Source: Porphyridium purpureum | Taxonomy: Eukaryota | Direction: 5' to 3' | DNA: 64,000 nt | Assembly: GCA_008690995.1 (NCBI GenBank) | Contig: VRMN01000004.1 | Location: 1,364,001-1,428,000, forward strand | Shown: one piece after another, positions 12,286 through 22,540 of the stretch | Position numbering within the stretch: the first letter of the stretch is position 1 | How the letters are laid out: every line of letters begins with the position of its first letter | Program-made: the position numbers and the translations under genes | The notes under the pieces: model-generated | What the model was told of the DNA's origin: nothing | What the model saw: the letters and a program-made list of their open reading frames with translations, nothing else | Databases searched by the model: none

Positions 12286-13098
12286 ATGCGCATCTCGGCG
12301 GCCCTGTTGGCCTTTGTCACCTTGCTCGCGTTGGCCGCCACCGTTCTCATTGCGGTCGGTCTTGGGACAGACAATCTCATCGACTTCAGTAGTGTGGGCC
12401 CAACCACAGCTCAAGGGGAGGGAAGCGTGAACTATCCCGTGCGTGTCAGGATTAGCGGCCAGTCATCAACATTCGAGGACCAGCTTTACACAGATCGTTA
12501 TGGCCCTTTCTCGGCGTGCCTGAAGCGAGCTGCGGACGCAGAAAATCCTAGGGTGGGCCCTGTGTGTAGCACAATTAAGTGGGGATGCGACGTGAGCCTG
12601 TGCTTTATTTCAGATGGCCAGGATCGAGTGTGTGGTAGTGTGGAAGTTCAACCTCTCACGAACTGCGATGCCTTCAACGCGTTCCGAGTTATTGCATGTA
12701 TTGCAGGATTCTTCATGATGTTTGGCTTCATTGCTTTTCTTGCTGCCTGGAGGGCACCGTCGCGTCAGATTCTTGGCGCAGCCGTATTGCTGTTTGGTTT
12801 TGTTATGGGTCTTGTTGCATTTGCTCTGTTCTATGCTATTCTGTATGTGGACAATGGGGCGAATTACGCGCCGTACGGTTACTCCCTGGCCCTTATCATC
12901 GCGAGCTGGCCAATTGCCATGATAGGCGGCATTCTCGCCTTTGTCAAGCCGTACCGCAAGAAGAACACTTTTAAACCCACGAATGAATACCCGGCTGCGG
13001 TAGACCCGAATTACGGCAAGGTGGGCTTTGTGGATTCGAATGAAGCTCCATACGAGCCCAGAGTTGAAGGAGAGAATTTCAGTGGAGACGAAGTTTAA
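12286..13098 (+). CDS. Four-TM membrane protein, claudin/PMP22/SUR7-like topology (270 aa)
   Basis: First ATG gives MRISAALLAFVTLLALAATVLIAVGLG. It is followed by a Cys-rich loop (YGPFSAC...C), three more hydrophobic helices and a polar tail. Confidence 0.65.
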   Translation: MRISAALLAFVTLLALAATVLIAVGLGTDNLIDFSSVGPTTAQGEGSVNYPVRVRISGQSSTFEDQLYTDRYGPFSACLKRAADAENPRVGPVCSTIKWGCDVSLCFISDGQDRVCGSVEVQPLTNCDAFNAFRVIACIAGFFMMFGFIAFLAAWRAPSRQILGAAVLLFGFVMGLVAFALFYAILYVDNGANYAPYGYSLALIIASWPIAMIGGILAFVKPYRKKNTFKPTNEYPAAVDPNYGKVGFVDSNEAPYEPRVEGENFSGDEV

Positions 13099-13611
13099 TT
13101 GGTGCTAAAATGGTAGTTGCCGAAACGTTGAAGATGGTCTTCTTGGGAGAGTGCAGACGCTCGTGGCGAGCGCCGCGTTTGGGACGTTATTCTTCTTCGC
13201 TTGTTTAACATTATCGCTATCGCAATATCGGATTGTGGTGGCGGGGAGACTGATAATCTCGAGTGCCAGGTTAGAGGAATTGAAGGCCTGGCTTTTATGT
13301 GGTGGACGGAAAGTAAAGTGTACGTGCGTCCTAACTTGCTTGCCAAAGTCAGGTGCTGCGGAGAGCTGTGAGACTAGGAAATCTGGGCTTGCTATTTTTC
13401 GCACGCAAGGCACACTCAGATTCATGCCGAACTTGAACTCTTGTGGCTCGTGGGAGTATTCAACTCCGCTCCTTGCTTGGAAAGTTCCCTGACCAGCCCG
13501 ATCGGACGTCTGCCGAGCGTGTGAGGGTGACGCGCTCGCGTTAAGCTGGGGCTGCAATCTCAAATTTTATACCCAACTCTTTCTGCTAAACGAAAAACCT
13601 GAATCCTTTCA

Positions 13612-14997
13612 TCACTGCATTTCGACCTTCATTACCTTGCCCAACATCACAACAGTGTTACCCTCCATGATGGCAACGCGGCCAAGACCTTCGCAAGCCT
13701 TGAACGACTCCACAACGAAAGGAGTTTGCGGAGCGAAGACTAATTCGGCCATTTCGTTCGCCTGCACGTGCGGCGGGTTCTCCTGCTTCTGACCACCGGT
13801 CTCCTTGCCCATTCGCCAGTTGATCGCGGTGATCTTGCACGCAGCACGCCCAGTGCGCACGAAGGCAATGGGCGAGTAGCCAACCTTGAGCTGTCCAGGG
13901 TGGTCGAGAATCTGGACGGCAGCAGTGAAGTTCTTGGTCGTCTTCAGCGACGAGTCCGACTTTCGAATCATCACATCACCTACACGTGGCATATTCACCT
14001 TATCAAGACCCTTGACGTTAAGACCAACGTTGTCACCAGGGCCTGCGGAGGGCACTGATTTGTGATGCATTTCAACTGAGAAGATCTTTCCAGAGCAGGC
14101 ATTGGCAGCGGTGTGTGTGGGAAGGAAGATGCATTCGTCTCCGGGCTTCACCTCACCTTGCTCCACACGGCCCGTCAGCACATCACCCACACCCTTGATC
14201 TTGTACACACCGGAAACAGGCATGCGGAGCTGAGCGTCAAGCTTGCGCGTTGGCAGCGTCACCATTTTCTCCAAGCAGTCAAGCAAGGTATCCACGTGCA
14301 TGTTCTTGCCCTCAATCGTGATGTCTTGACCAGCCCACCAAGCCATATTCTCAGACTTCTTAATCAAGTTGTCACCTATCCATCCGGACAGCGGCAGCAC
14401 TGGAATACCGGTAGCAACAAAGTCCTTCTTCCAGCCGACACGCACAAGCATGTTCTTGGCCTCATTGGCGCACTCGTCAAAACGCTCCTTGCCGTACTTG
14501 GCCATATCGCAGTCCATCTTGTTCACTCCAACGACCAGCTGCTTCACACCGAGCAAGTTCAACAGACGAGCGTGCTGACGGGTCTGGCCCTGGACAATCC
14601 CGGCCTTGTGGTCACCCTTGGCAATGGCTGTCGTGAAGTTACCATCCGCGGGGACCATCAGAAGACCAACGTCGGCCTGCGAGGCACCCGTGATCATGTT
14701 CTTGATGAAATCCCTGTGACCGGGGGCGTCGATGATAGTGTAGTGATACGAATCCGTGTAGAACTCTTTGGTTGTGCAGGCGATCGTGACACCACGCGCG
14801 CGCTCCTCCTTCGACTTGTCCATGTAGAAGGCAAAGGCGAAAGACCCCTTGCCGAGCGCATCAGCTTCGGCCTTGAGCTTGTCCAGCTCACGGTCCGAGA
14901 TTCCGCCGAGCTCAAAGATCAGACGGCCAGTGGTGGTCGACTTGCCGGCATCGACGTGCCCGCAGATCACAATGGAGACGTGCTTCTTATCCGCCAT
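13612..14997 (-). CDS. EFL: Elongation factor-like GTPase (EFL)
   Basis: GTPase motifs GHVDAGKST, DAPGHRDF and NKMD, plus EFL-type signatures SFAFAFYMD, PADGNFTTAIAKG and QTRQHARLLNLLGVKQL. Confidence 0.93.
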   Translation of the reverse strand: MADKKHVSIVICGHVDAGKSTTTGRLIFELGGISDRELDKLKAEADALGKGSFAFAFYMDKSKEERARGVTIACTTKEFYTDSYHYTIIDAPGHRDFIKNMITGASQADVGLLMVPADGNFTTAIAKGDHKAGIVQGQTRQHARLLNLLGVKQLVVGVNKMDCDMAKYGKERFDECANEAKNMLVRVGWKKDFVATGIPVLPLSGWIGDNLIKKSENMAWWAGQDITIEGKNMHVDTLLDCLEKMVTLPTRKLDAQLRMPVSGVYKIKGVGDVLTGRVEQGEVKPGDECIFLPTHTAANACSGKIFSVEMHHKSVPSAGPGDNVGLNVKGLDKVNMPRVGDVMIRKSDSSLKTTKNFTAAVQILDHPGQLKVGYSPIAFVRTGRAACKITAINWRMGKETGGQKQENPPHVQANEMAELVFAPQTPFVVESFKACEGLGRVAIMEGNTVVMLGKVMKVEMQ

Positions 14998-15538
14998 GAT
15001 GGCTAGCTTCTCCTGCTTGACTTCCTCACACTCGAGCGCACGACGCTTTCCCCGGCTGCTCCCCCTTACCCAGCCCCTTCACACGTCCCGCCCCTTCCCT
15101 CCCCACCCTGCGGCCCTCCTTGCAAGTGAGTTATTCCCGCCGGTTTTCATATAGAGGCCGGCCAGCACCGCATGGCCGAGTCGCGGCCGCCCACCACCGA
15201 CCGTCGGCCCCCCCTCCAAGAACACAGCACTGTACCCGCAGAGAGCGAGTGTCTACTGAAACGACCCGGTTTCGCGACGCGGGTTGGCCCAAGCCCAAAG
15301 TCCTTTCAGCCTCGGCCATGCCACAAGACCGTTTCGACCGGCCCGACAAAACAGGCCCGTTTAAGCGGAGCGAAACGGCCGCCAAACCCTCGATCTGACT
15401 CGTCAGTGCAGTTACGTCGAGGGTTTTATTGAGGTGTCTGTACTGTGGCGGTACAGTATAGCTGTGTGGCACAACATCGTTCACGCACGGCTTCGCCAAG
15501 GTCGCAAGTCGCCGCGCAGAGCGTTCCATGCGCGCAGC

Positions 15539-16627
15539 ATGGCGAGTCTGGCGAGCTACGTGCACTCACGAGTAACTCGCGTTACCCGCGTGTGTGGATG
15601 GAGACTGTTGTCTAGGACCCTGCTGACGCCACGGCGTCTCTCGTCATCCCAGCTGCAGGGAAAGAGCGGCGCAGTTCCGCCGCCGGGGACAGCCGCGTCT
15701 GCAAGCCAAGCAGAAGATGCGGCGCACCTTGACCGAGTGGGCGACGAGTCTCGCCGCGGTCAAGAGGGTTCGGCGCAACCATCTGCGGCGAGTGGCTCGG
15801 GCTTCTCCTTGTTCCGCTTCTTTGGCGTGACCGCCGTCGTGGGTGCGGTTGGTCTTGGAGCCATGTACTTGGCGAGGCCGGAGCCCACTCAGAAAATGAT
15901 CTCGGATTTCGTCGAGTACTTCACAGAGCCGTCCAAGGACAAGTTTCTTCCGGATCCCTTGCCCATGTTTCCTGGGGGACCGCCGCCCATGACGCTCGTG
16001 CTTGATCTGGATGAGACGCTCATCCATTCGAATTGGAGTCGCCAGTCTGGCTGGCGGATCGCGAAGCGACCTGGATTGGAAGCATTTCTGGCTTACATGT
16101 CCTCATTTTACGAGATCGTGGTCTTCAGCACGGGGCTCAATACTTACGCGGATCCTATTCTTGATCGTCTGGACCCCAATGGCTACATCTCGCACCGCCT
16201 CTACCGAGACGCTACAAAGTACGAATCTGGTGAACACGTCTTCGACTTGAGCAAGCTGAATCGCGACGAAAGCAGGATTGTGCTCGTTGACTCGCATGCA
16301 ATTCATGCAAAGCACCAGCCAGGTAACCTGCTGCTGGTCTCCCAGTGGAAGAACGACCCGAAAGACCGCACGCTGCTTGAATTGATACCCTTTTTGGAAT
16401 CAATGGCTCAGGAAAATGTGCGCGATGTGCGCCCTGTTCTCACTTCATATGCCGAAGTGGACAATATTCCGGAGGAATTTCGTCGTCGACGCAGGGCTGG
16501 TGAGGCAGCGGGCTCGCACTGGGGAGGGCTTGGTGCCAAGCACTCTTCTGCTGGCATGCAGCCGGCAGAGAAGTTGGAACCGCCCCCAGGGAGTCTCTGG
16601 GCGCATTTACGTTCGAATCGGAGCTAG
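15539..16627 (+). CDS. TIM50: Mitochondrial import inner membrane translocase subunit Tim50
   Basis: Arg-rich presequence, one TM helix, FTEPSKDKFLPDP, and NIF/FCP1-like domain LVLDLDETLIHSNWSRQSGWRIAKRPG. Start placed at the first ATG. Confidence 0.9.
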   Translation: MASLASYVHSRVTRVTRVCGWRLLSRTLLTPRRLSSSQLQGKSGAVPPPGTAASASQAEDAAHLDRVGDESRRGQEGSAQPSAASGSGFSLFRFFGVTAVVGAVGLGAMYLARPEPTQKMISDFVEYFTEPSKDKFLPDPLPMFPGGPPPMTLVLDLDETLIHSNWSRQSGWRIAKRPGLEAFLAYMSSFYEIVVFSTGLNTYADPILDRLDPNGYISHRLYRDATKYESGEHVFDLSKLNRDESRIVLVDSHAIHAKHQPGNLLLVSQWKNDPKDRTLLELIPFLESMAQENVRDVRPVLTSYAEVDNIPEEFRRRRRAGEAAGSHWGGLGAKHSSAGMQPAEKLEPPPGSLWAHLRSNRS

Positions 16628-16795
16628 CTTGCTGCCAGATGACCGCGAGGTCATCGTCACTACTCTGGATAGACATCGACGTGTGTACATACTAGGTCAC
16701 TGTTTACGTTACTCAATCCCACACAAGCGAACCATACGCAACCTCACCTAGCTGCGAGCGTGAGATTATCCAATCCAAACGGCGATGTTGCTACT

Positions 16796-18629
16796 TCAAT
16801 TAAATGATACCACCACGGGCGTGTACTCCGGACAGACAGACTCTTTGAGCGCTTTCAAAGTCGCAGCGTCAGGCGTGGAGTCGACGCCAAGAAGCACCAT
16901 GGCGAGCGAGTAATCAGAATCACGATGGCGACCGATAGTCATGTTCGAAACATTCACGTTCGCGTCTCCCAGAATTTTGCCAGAGCGCCCCAATTGACCC
17001 GGACGATCCTCCTGAATGTACACAAGCAGAGTGCCTTCGAGACGCAAGTCTGTCTCAAACACGCCGATTCTGGTCACGTGAGGAAGCCCGCCCATCGTGC
17101 GCCCGCGAATTTTGTGACCGCTGCCAACGCACACTGTAATGTACTGGTCCTCGTCATGGCCAACGGGCACTTTGCTTTCCTGCACGACCAAGTTGCGAGA
17201 CTTGGCAACCTTTTCCGCGTTGACAATGTTGATCGGAATTTCAGACGAATCCTGAAGGAGTCCACGTATGGCGAAAGCCTTGATCATTCGAGTGTCTTCA
17301 AGCTCGTCACGCAGATGAAATTCCAGACTCACAGAGCTTACTTCCCGATGTTCGGTACGGTTGAGGACCATCGCCAGTTTTGCGAGACGCTCAGCCAGCC
17401 GGGCGCGCGGCATCACCTTCTTTAGCTGGTCGTCACGCATAGCAGGAGCATTCACAAGGGTTGGCGCGAATCCACCATTTAGGGCGATAACCACGGACTC
17501 GCTAATTTCAATCGCGACATCAAATTGAGCCTCCTCCGTGGATGCACCCAGATGTGGCGTGGCAACCACGTTCGGATGAACAGCCAGCTTCATCGAAACG
17601 GACTCTGGGTGCTTGTTCGTCGGTTCATTACTGAAGCAGTCAAGGGCAGCACCAGCAAGCGCCCCACTGTTCAGCGCATCCAGTAGGGCCTCTTCTTCTA
17701 TAATTCCGCCCCTCGCTGCGTTGATGATGCGCGCTGTGGGCTTCACGAGTTGCAAGCGTTCGCGGTTGAGAAGATTCTTGGTCGAATCCAGCAACGGCAT
17801 GTGGAGTGTAATAAAATCGCCAGCCGCCAAGGCGTCGTCCAGTTCCAGAATCGTGACGCCGACCAGAGCCCCGGCCTCAACGCTGACAAAAGGATCGTAT
17901 GCCACGACATTCATTCCCAGACCGCGCGCACGCTTGGCCACCTCGCGACCAATTCGACCGAAGCCAATAATACTGATTGTCTTGTGAGCTAGCGAGACCC
18001 CGACGTACTTTCCTCGACTCCACTCGCCACGCTTCATCGACGCATCCGCGGCCGGGATGTGACGACTCATTGCGCACATGAGAGCGACGGCGTGCTCGGC
18101 GGCAGCCAGGCAATTGCCCGTGGGCGCATTCACAACCATGACGCCGCGCTCCGAAGCAGCGCCCAGGTCGATGTTGTCGACGCCCACGCCGGCGCGGCCG
18201 ATAACCTTAAGTTTCTTGCCGGCCTCCAGCACCTCGCGCGTGACCTGAGTCGCGGAGCGGACAATGAGGGCGTCGTACTCGCCGATCACAGAGAGCAGGC
18301 CACTGGCGTCGAGGGAGAGATCGACGTGGACGTCGTGCGCGCGCTGCAGGATTTCCAGGCCGTCCTTGGAGAGCTTCTCGGGCACCAGCACCTTGCCGCG
18401 CGTGGCCACGGTCGCGGGGACGCCGTTTGCGTCCTGCTCGACCATGATGCGAAGGGAGGGGGCACGCGCCGCTTGTGACTGCGTCGGGCCCTGCCGTGCG
18501 TGCGGAAGCGGGTGTCGCGGTGCACCGAGCGCTGTGGCACCTCGCCGTCCCACGCCCACGCCGCAGCCGCGCGGGCCGCACGTTCAGTTGGGCGGCACGC
18601 CGGCGGCGTGTGGCCATGCCGAATGCCAT
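16796..18629 (-). CDS. serA: D-3-phosphoglycerate dehydrogenase (type I, with ASB/ACT domains), probably plastid-targeted; 5' end ambiguous
   Basis: Motifs LIVRSAT, GRAGVGVDNID, GFGRIG, INAARGG, TPHLGASTEEAQ and DRPG (ACT). The first in-frame ATG is 18445; the MAF-type ATG at 18629 is out of frame. Confidence 0.9.
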
Positions 18630-19073
18630 TGCAATGCCGCATTGCGGCTGGATGCGCGGTACAGCGGGCGGTACAGCGGGCGGTGCAGCGGGCGGATGAG
18701 CCGGCTTACTGCGGGTGCCGGCCGGCGCGCCCCGCCACGGCGCGTGCAAATTCGCGGCTCGGAGATTGGGCTGCGGCGGGACGCATGGTCGTGGGGTGTA
18801 GAATAGGGCATGCGGTCTGCGTGAGGCGCACGAAGGGCCAGGATGGTGGAGCGGGCAGGCGTCACGGAGAGAGGCGGAGGAGGAGGGAGAGGGAGAGAGA
18901 GAGAGAGAGAGCCGGTGGGAGGAGGAGCAAAGGGTGGAGGGAGAGAGCAAGACGCACGGAGGCACAGTCATTGCGAGGCAGTGTGTGCGTCGGCGCGGAT
19001 TGAGCGAGGAGGCGGGATTCGTGGAGCGCAGCGCGGCTCGACAACTCACACATCGCACGCGCTCGCCGGTGGG

Positions 19074-19103
19074 ATGGTCCGAGAGAGATGCACAAGGCTG
19101 TAG
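19074..19103 (+). promoter_or_regulatory. Candidate overlapping uORF MVRERCTRL* across the AdoMetDC start
   Basis: ATG at 19074 in context gggATGg, in a different frame from ATG 19088, with stop TAG at 19101-19103. Confidence 0.4.
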
Positions 19104-21931
19104 ACGATGCATACGATGACGGACACCGATCGATCGATGAATTACAATATACAGAGCGTGCAGACGATGTCCTCGTCCGCGCGCACCCAGCTGATACGCC
19201 GCTGCTTGCGCAGCCACAGTTTCAGATAGCATCGCCCACTCCGGATCTGAATGCGGGCATAGCTGGTGGTTTGAAAGGTGCCGAGACCGACTTTACTAAC
19301 GCAGACCTCGACGCGACTGACGGCGTCGTGGAACCTTTGCCGGGCTTCGAAGGGCCAGAAAAGAAACTGGAGATCGACTTTGCGCTGCTCCCCGGCGCGA
19401 ACAAGGCCGGGTTTCGCTCGTTTCCACGTGAGAGATGGGACGCTGTTCTGACAGACGCGCAGTGCAGCATCCTGTCTGTCTCGTCAAACGACGTATTCGA
19501 TGCGTACCTCCTTTCGGAGTCTTCCATGTTCGTCTATCCGGACAAAGTGCTCATCAAAACGTGCGGGACCACGACTCTCTTACGATCTGTGCCGCACTTC
19601 ATGTCCATGGCGGATGAAATTTTGGCCCGTGTTGAATTCGTGCAGTACTCGCGCGCAAGTTTTCGATACCCAGGACAACAGCTCTTTCCGCACACTTCCT
19701 TTCAGACCGAAATTGAATACTTGAACGGTTTCTTTGGGGAAGGCAAGAGCTACGTTCTCGGCACGCCAGACAATGCATCCGAGTGGCATCTCTATGTCGC
19801 GGACTTTATGACCGTCCCCAGCAGGCAGCAGTCGCTGGAGATCTTCATGTTCGATCTTGACCAAGAAGTGATGTCGCACTTTTTCCATGCGAAGGATGCG
19901 ATCGGTGGCATGCAGGCAGGTGCTTCGCGTGTAACCGACGAATCTGGCATCAGAGAGTTGATCCTTCATGAGCACACGTCGAGCGCGGGGACCGACCTGG
20001 AAGAGGGGTCGCCTTCTGTGATTATTGATGCGCACAATTTCGACCCGTGCGGTTATTCGATGAATGGGATGGTTGGAGAGACCTACTACACAATCCACAT
20101 CACTCCAGAGTCGCACTGCAGCTATGTCTCATTCGAGACAAACCTGGTTGACGCATGTGACTTCACATCGACTCTGCACAAAGTCATCAGCACCTTCAAA
20201 CCGGGCAGATTTTCTGTGGCATTCATGGCGGACGTTGACGCACCGGCAGGTCATCGGGGCTTGAAGCATATGTCGTTGGATTGGGACGCGCCCAAGTCCT
20301 TTGGAGAGCACGGCGGGTACTGGCACGCTGGGGATCCGACATTTTTGAGAATGGGACGCATTGGCAGCCAAGGCGTTGACGGGCTAGAGTATTGTGCATA
20401 CCTGTGCAGTTATGTGCAAGCGGACGGAGTTGATCGTGAGGCTTACGCTAGCCTTGGGGACGAGCATATGAGCCGCGGATTGTTCTCTGATATGGCAAGG
20501 CGGGCATCGTTGCTAGCGCGAAAGCGATCGGTTTCTGCGTCCGAGCCTTTGGAGGCTGCTCTCAGCGGTGCTTGCAGAGCTGTTTCCAGCTCGCTAGTAT
20601 CAGTCACGTGCCCAAGTTTGGTGACATCCGGGGTAGGTGTTATGCTCAATGAAGTTCTTACTGGGATTGCGCAAGCGCAGTTGCGACCTGAAACGGGTTT
20701 CATTGAGCGGCCCTTGTACTTTGCAAACCTTTCCCAGCCGCTCGAGAATTGGTTGAAACTTGTTCGTGTGTTCCGAGGCGCACATCCCAACTTGGATATC
20801 CAGCATGACTTATCTCTGTGGCGTACCGATCGCGTGATTGCAAGGATGTTCGCTGAGTTTGGTTGCCACTTGAGGACTGATTCGAAGAGCGAAGTGGATG
20901 TTTTACGACAAGAGGATAGTGGCTGGATGCGAGGGAGTATTCTGTTCTCTGGAACAAAGCAGCTCTGCACGGCAAGTATGGAAAGTGGTGAAGTTTTCGC
21001 AATTGAAGAAGCCAGACCAAAAGCGAACGAAAGCACGAATCGTTTTCACGACGCTGTACTCGTGTACGACTGGATGGACCGTCAGCAAGTGGCTACGATT
21101 GCCTCACGACACCACCACGCCGAGGTTTGCGTCGCGGTGTCCAACATTGATCTGGACGAGCCGTCTCTGATTCGTACAATGCACAGAGTGGTTGCCACAT
21201 GCCTTGAGCTGCACTTGCAGCCGACGAGTCTGATGCTTTCTGCGGAACAGAACTGCACGGACTTGGAAGATTTCCGCCGAGGAGTGCGAGCTCTTCATTG
21301 GATCGTGTCATCATTTTGCATGACGCCGTGTGCTTGTGAGAAAGTGTGCCCTCTTGGCAGTGCAAAGGTTTCGATGGGCGCAGTTCATCTCGGCAGCGAG
21401 TACCCTGGGGCGACAGAGTTGGAGAAGTGCGAGGCTTCCGAGCCTCTTATAGGATCAATTGCAACACTCAATGAGTTTTTCCCGCCAGAATCTGGTGTTT
21501 TGCTAACCCTCGATGTCGGCCGGGCCTTGATTGCAGATACGCATTTTCTAGCAGTGCCTGTGCTTGCGCGCCGCGATAATAAGGTCAAGTCTGGAAGCGG
21601 AAGCATGCACTATTACCTGGATTCTAGGGTGCGAGATTACCTGCATGTTTTACATGGTGATGTTGCTGTTGAGACATGCAGTGTGTCGTCCATGAGTTCG
21701 GATCAGGAAGCGTGCAGCGGCGATGAGAGACCATCGGATAAGCGTCCGAAGCAGGAAATTGTGGAATGTGTGCTTCTAGACATGTCAGGTGAGCAAGAGG
21801 CCTGTAGCCCTGTTTGGAGCGGGCAGTTGCCCGCGCTCGAGCTTAATGATTGTGTGGTGTTCCGGAACACGGATGGATGCTCTGAGAGTGAGTCTCATGG
21901 CTTTTTCCGCGTGTTTTTGGAACAAGCCTAG
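19088..21931 (+). CDS. SAMDC: S-adenosylmethionine decarboxylase proenzyme fused to a degenerate ornithine-decarboxylase-like domain (947 aa)
   Basis: N-half has GFEGPEKKLEI, YLLSE/SSMFV (pyruvoyl cleavage site), KTCGTT, FDPCGYSMNG and TIHITPE...SYVSFET. C-half (~20700-21931) aligns by eye to the ODC fold, e.g. EFFPPESGVLLTLDVGR, MHYYLD and LPALELNDCVVFRN. Confidence 0.92.
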   Translation: MHKAVDDAYDDGHRSIDELQYTERADDVLVRAHPADTPLLAQPQFQIASPTPDLNAGIAGGLKGAETDFTNADLDATDGVVEPLPGFEGPEKKLEIDFALLPGANKAGFRSFPRERWDAVLTDAQCSILSVSSNDVFDAYLLSESSMFVYPDKVLIKTCGTTTLLRSVPHFMSMADEILARVEFVQYSRASFRYPGQQLFPHTSFQTEIEYLNGFFGEGKSYVLGTPDNASEWHLYVADFMTVPSRQQSLEIFMFDLDQEVMSHFFHAKDAIGGMQAGASRVTDESGIRELILHEHTSSAGTDLEEGSPSVIIDAHNFDPCGYSMNGMVGETYYTIHITPESHCSYVSFETNLVDACDFTSTLHKVISTFKPGRFSVAFMADVDAPAGHRGLKHMSLDWDAPKSFGEHGGYWHAGDPTFLRMGRIGSQGVDGLEYCAYLCSYVQADGVDREAYASLGDEHMSRGLFSDMARRASLLARKRSVSASEPLEAALSGACRAVSSSLVSVTCPSLVTSGVGVMLNEVLTGIAQAQLRPETGFIERPLYFANLSQPLENWLKLVRVFRGAHPNLDIQHDLSLWRTDRVIARMFAEFGCHLRTDSKSEVDVLRQEDSGWMRGSILFSGTKQLCTASMESGEVFAIEEARPKANESTNRFHDAVLVYDWMDRQQVATIASRHHHAEVCVAVSNIDLDEPSLIRTMHRVVATCLELHLQPTSLMLSAEQNCTDLEDFRRGVRALHWIVSSFCMTPCACEKVCPLGSAKVSMGAVHLGSEYPGATELEKCEASEPLIGSIATLNEFFPPESGVLLTLDVGRALIADTHFLAVPVLARRDNKVKSGSGSMHYYLDSRVRDYLHVLHGDVAVETCSVSSMSSDQEACSGDERPSDKRPKQEIVECVLLDMSGEQEACSPVWSGQLPALELNDCVVFRNTDGCSESESHGFFRVFLEQA

Positions 21932-22540
21932 CTGGTTGACCAAATGGAGTGTACCACGGATGCATGCGGAGTGGTGTAGGGCGGTGGCGCCGGGTGCAAG
22001 CTAGGAGAGTTGCCCACAAGTAGGAAAGACACAGGTTTAGTGGGGAGAGAAGGATTGAAGAAATTGTTCGTGACTTTTGATTTGTAAATCAGGTTTTGAT
22101 GAGCTTGTAGGCTCACACTTGACGCAAGAAAGAAACTGCTTGAGGGAAACTGCTGCAATACGACCCGCTTCTCAGGTACGCCTTGTAGTCAACTGCTCAA
22201 AGCGCAGGAGTTGCAATGCGCAGAGCCTGATTTTCCATGGCTAGTGGTGATAAACAGATATATTTTCTCGGTCTCACTCTCCAGACCAACACATGGGTCT
22301 CAGTTCGCGCGTGCAAAACGTGCGTAATGGCAACGCACATTTTATAGTGGTACGAAGGAGATGCATGCGCCAAGCGACGAAAGAAAGTGGAATTATAAAA
22401 TAAGGCAACAAAAAAACAAAAAAAAACCAAAAAAAACCGGGATCGACGTCTACTCTAAGCTCCAGAAGGTGCCAGAGTCAGTAGCATGGGCTTCTCAGTA
22501 TACATGATTTGCACATTATCTCGACCACCCCTTCTTACTC

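Noticed and set aside
14113..15006. Long antisense ORFs over EFL (and similarly over PGDH, PHR2-like, the C2 gene and DSK2)
   Set aside because: They are mirror frames of biased coding sequence with no independent motifs.
18207..19232. 341-aa minus-strand ORF across the PGDH/SAMDC promoter, and similar Arg/Ala/Pro-rich ORFs at 25.4-26.4 kb and 39.1-39.9 kb
   Set aside because: They lie in stop-poor GC-rich promoter DNA that includes a (GA)n tract. Only the MAF segment is considered meaningful.
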